Assembly (NCBI GenBank): GCA_010909165.1
Contig: MU008170.1
Span: 1,426,001-1,490,000 of the forward strand
From: Anthoceros angustus
Lineage: Eukaryota; Plantae; Anthocerotophyta
DNA: 64,000 bases
Direction of reading: 5' to 3'
Positions within the stretch are counted from its first letter, which is position 1. Every line of letters starts with the position of its first letter. Below, one piece after another: positions 61,453-64,000 of the stretch. Under the pieces are notes generated by a model. The model saw only the letters and a list, made by a program, of their open reading frames with translations, did no database searches and was not told where the DNA came from. Made by a program: the position numbers and the translations under genes.

Positions 61453-64000
61453 TGTGCAACATGACATAGACACACGAATCAAATTTGTAGTCTCGGAACT
61501 ACTACTGAGCGATATGGAATTTAGTTATGCATGTACACTTGATGACTCTATCCAATTCTTAATTTTAGGTATTTAAAATCGAGTAATAACTGAGTAATAT
61601 ATGAAGAATTTTTAAAATATAATTCCTGAAGATATTTAGACTGAAAATACGAAGTAATTTCTTATAAAAATCTTACAACTACGTAGTCTAGATTTACCTG
61701 AATATGGGTGCTTTACTTATGCACGTATGTAGTGAGAAGACGAGGAGACGAGGAGACCCGAGCTGGAACGGGCGTTCGACTGCCCGTCCCGTCACGTCGG
61801 ATCAAACGCGTGTGGAGAGACTTGAGTTCCGACGGACTGGACGAGACTGGCCTAAATCAGAAAGACCGGAGGGATCCAGACGACGAGGTTTCGTTGCAAC
61901 TATGTAACATGCTATGGGATGCCTATCGCCCACAAAGCGCCAAAGCCCTGATGACGCCCAAAGCGCCAAGCTCAGGTGACGCCTGCTGCCATACCACAGG
62001 CCGTAGCACGTTCCGGTTCCGGTCCCGGTTCCGGTTCCGGTTCCGGCTCCCAATTAAGGAATCCTAGAAAAATCGAAAGTACGGGCATCGCCAAAGTCAG
62101 CGCCCAGAAACGAATTTCTTAGAAACGTGTTCGAAGCTGCGGAGCGTGTCTGAGTTGACTCTGAGGCTCAATGGCTCAATGACGCAAGCCAATTCCAGTT
62201 CTTTAGGGATCACAAATTGGAGTGGACAAAACTGTGAATTTGTAGTCCTTAATCCCAAGAAGCTTAGCACCTAGTGCCAGCTCCAAGTCAATTGGAATCG
62301 TTTTTAAGTCAATAACATATAGAAGCTTGTCCTGTTTTTCGAAAAAAAGATTAAATGCATCTATGTTTTACGATTCCCTAGATTCCACACTTGTAGGATT
62401 GATTCTCCATGGTGCTGCATCTACGAAAAATCACAAGAAAGTACTTGGGCGTGTCATGGTTACTATTGTGCCACATGTTATCTCGGAGTTTGAAACAAAT
62501 TGGTTTTGTGTACGTGCAAGAGTGGTATTGGAGCATATTCAAGTGCATGATTCCTTATGAACTTAGGCGCATTGATTTCTTTAATCTTTTGTTTGTTGAT
62601 TGTGCTTTGTCGTGTAAGTTGAGTTTTGGATTTAAAGGGTTTTGATGTCCATTGAGAAAATGGAAGAATAATTCCATGTGCTGCTTCTCTGCTTCTCAGC
62701 TCTATCGTCTTGTCTCGTGAACATGCACTTGTGACCTCATGCAAATCACTTTAATGAATATGAGAGCCCCTTCCTTGTATCACCTGTGCATCATCATGTC
62801 TCGTAAACTTAGGTACCATAAGTTCAAGGAATCCAAAGATTAAACTTCGGAATCAAAATGCATAATATGTAATATGCTTGTATAATAGACGTAAGCTATT
62901 TAACATTGGTATACACAATTGTCATGTAGTGATTAATTATTCCCTAAAATTTGGGCATGTCAACGCGTTGTACGACATCATCTTTTATGAATCTTAAAAG
63001 AGGATGATGTGTAACAACCACGATTTATCTGGAAATTATTTTTCTTAAACTATGATATAATCATTTTGGAGAAAAATATAATTTTCTAATGGGTGTGAGA
63101 AGTTAATGCTTGCACTTCACTCAACATTGCATGTGAACAATCTACGGTTGAAATGCATGTTGTGTAGTATGTGAGTACCTTCAAAAGATTCCTTTCCAGC
63201 CTGCTTTCTAGTAGTATTTAAATGCATAACAGAAACAAAGAGTGAGAGTAACGTGGGTCTTCTTGGGGCAAGGGCTGCCTAAGCATTTGTAGTTTAAAAG
63301 AGTTTACTTTCATATAAGCCTTGTTGTTGACAAGGTGTAAGAATATTTATCTCGATTGATGTCATGTAAGTTTGTGCAACATGACATAGACACACGAATC
63401 AAATTTGTAGTCTCGGAACTACTCTTGGCGATATGGAATTTAGTTATGCATGTACACTTGAAATATAATTGTAATAGTGCCGAGGCATTCGTAATAGTTG
63501 TAGGTACTCGAATATCCCAAAACCAAGAGCAGAGCAAATTGAAAGTTCAGATTAATAATAAAAAATATTACATAAGGTAAAGAACATGGATAATCAATAT
63601 TAATTTTTTTTAATTCAAATAAAACTATTTGACTTGCAAAAGTTGTATAGAACTAGATTCTTAACCATTTCCATTGCCATACAAAGGGTATGTTCGAATC
63701 AGAAGACATTGTGCCCTTTTGAAGTTAATATAGGTATAATATAATTCCTGAAGATATTTAGACTGAAAATACGAAGTAATTTCTTATAAAAATAAAACAT
63801 AAGCGCCAAGCTCAGGTGACGCCTGCTGCCATACCACAGGCCGTAGCACGTTCCGGTTCCGGTCCCGGTTCCGGTTCCGGTTCCGGCTCCCAATTAAGGA
63901 ATCCTAGAAAATCGAAAGTACGGGCATCGCCAAAGTCAGCGCCCAGAAACGAATTTCTTAGAAACGTGTTCGAAGCTGCGGAGCGTGTCTGAGTTGACTC
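61453..64000. repeat. Interrupted direct repeats (61453-62161 vs 63373-64000), probable transposon ends
   Basis: Three collinear shared blocks: GTGCAACATGACATAGACACACGAATC, ATAATTCCTGAAGATATTTAGACTG and AGCGCCAAGCTCAGGTGACG...(TTCCGG)n. The sequences between the blocks differ. Confidence 0.75.

Overview
Gene-dense, short-intron nuclear DNA of a non-seed land plant. A hornwort is most likely (inference from a GRP-terminated DYW:KP PPR gene). Ordinary host genes: a HAK/KUP K+ transporter, PRP31, a U2 snRNA, a probably plastid-targeted 2OG-Fe(II) dioxygenase and RRS1. There are also two AT-rich intronless ORFs: a haspin-like kinase behind a PPPGF repeat array, and a RING-H2 protein. The centre (20.75-44.49 kb) is a head-to-head pair of DNA transposons with TATGG...CCATA ends. 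The 17.1-kb element B has a 6-bp GAGGAG target duplication. It carries frameshifted remnants of an IS3EU-type DDE transposase, a HECT E3 ligase and, more weakly, Ulp1-like protease and Cys-cluster (KDZ/SWIM-like) motifs. The 6.6-kb element A is an internally deleted relative, and a ~1-kb MITE with related ends lies at 16.3-17.3 kb. Both large elements appear inserted into the 5' end of a PPR gene that combines an OSB-type PDF motif with a GRP-type DYW:KP domain (candidate U-to-C editing factor). Several indel-rich tandem duplications look like long-read assembly artefacts, so frameshifts in repeats may not be biological. All domain calls are by-eye motif recognition; no searches were run.
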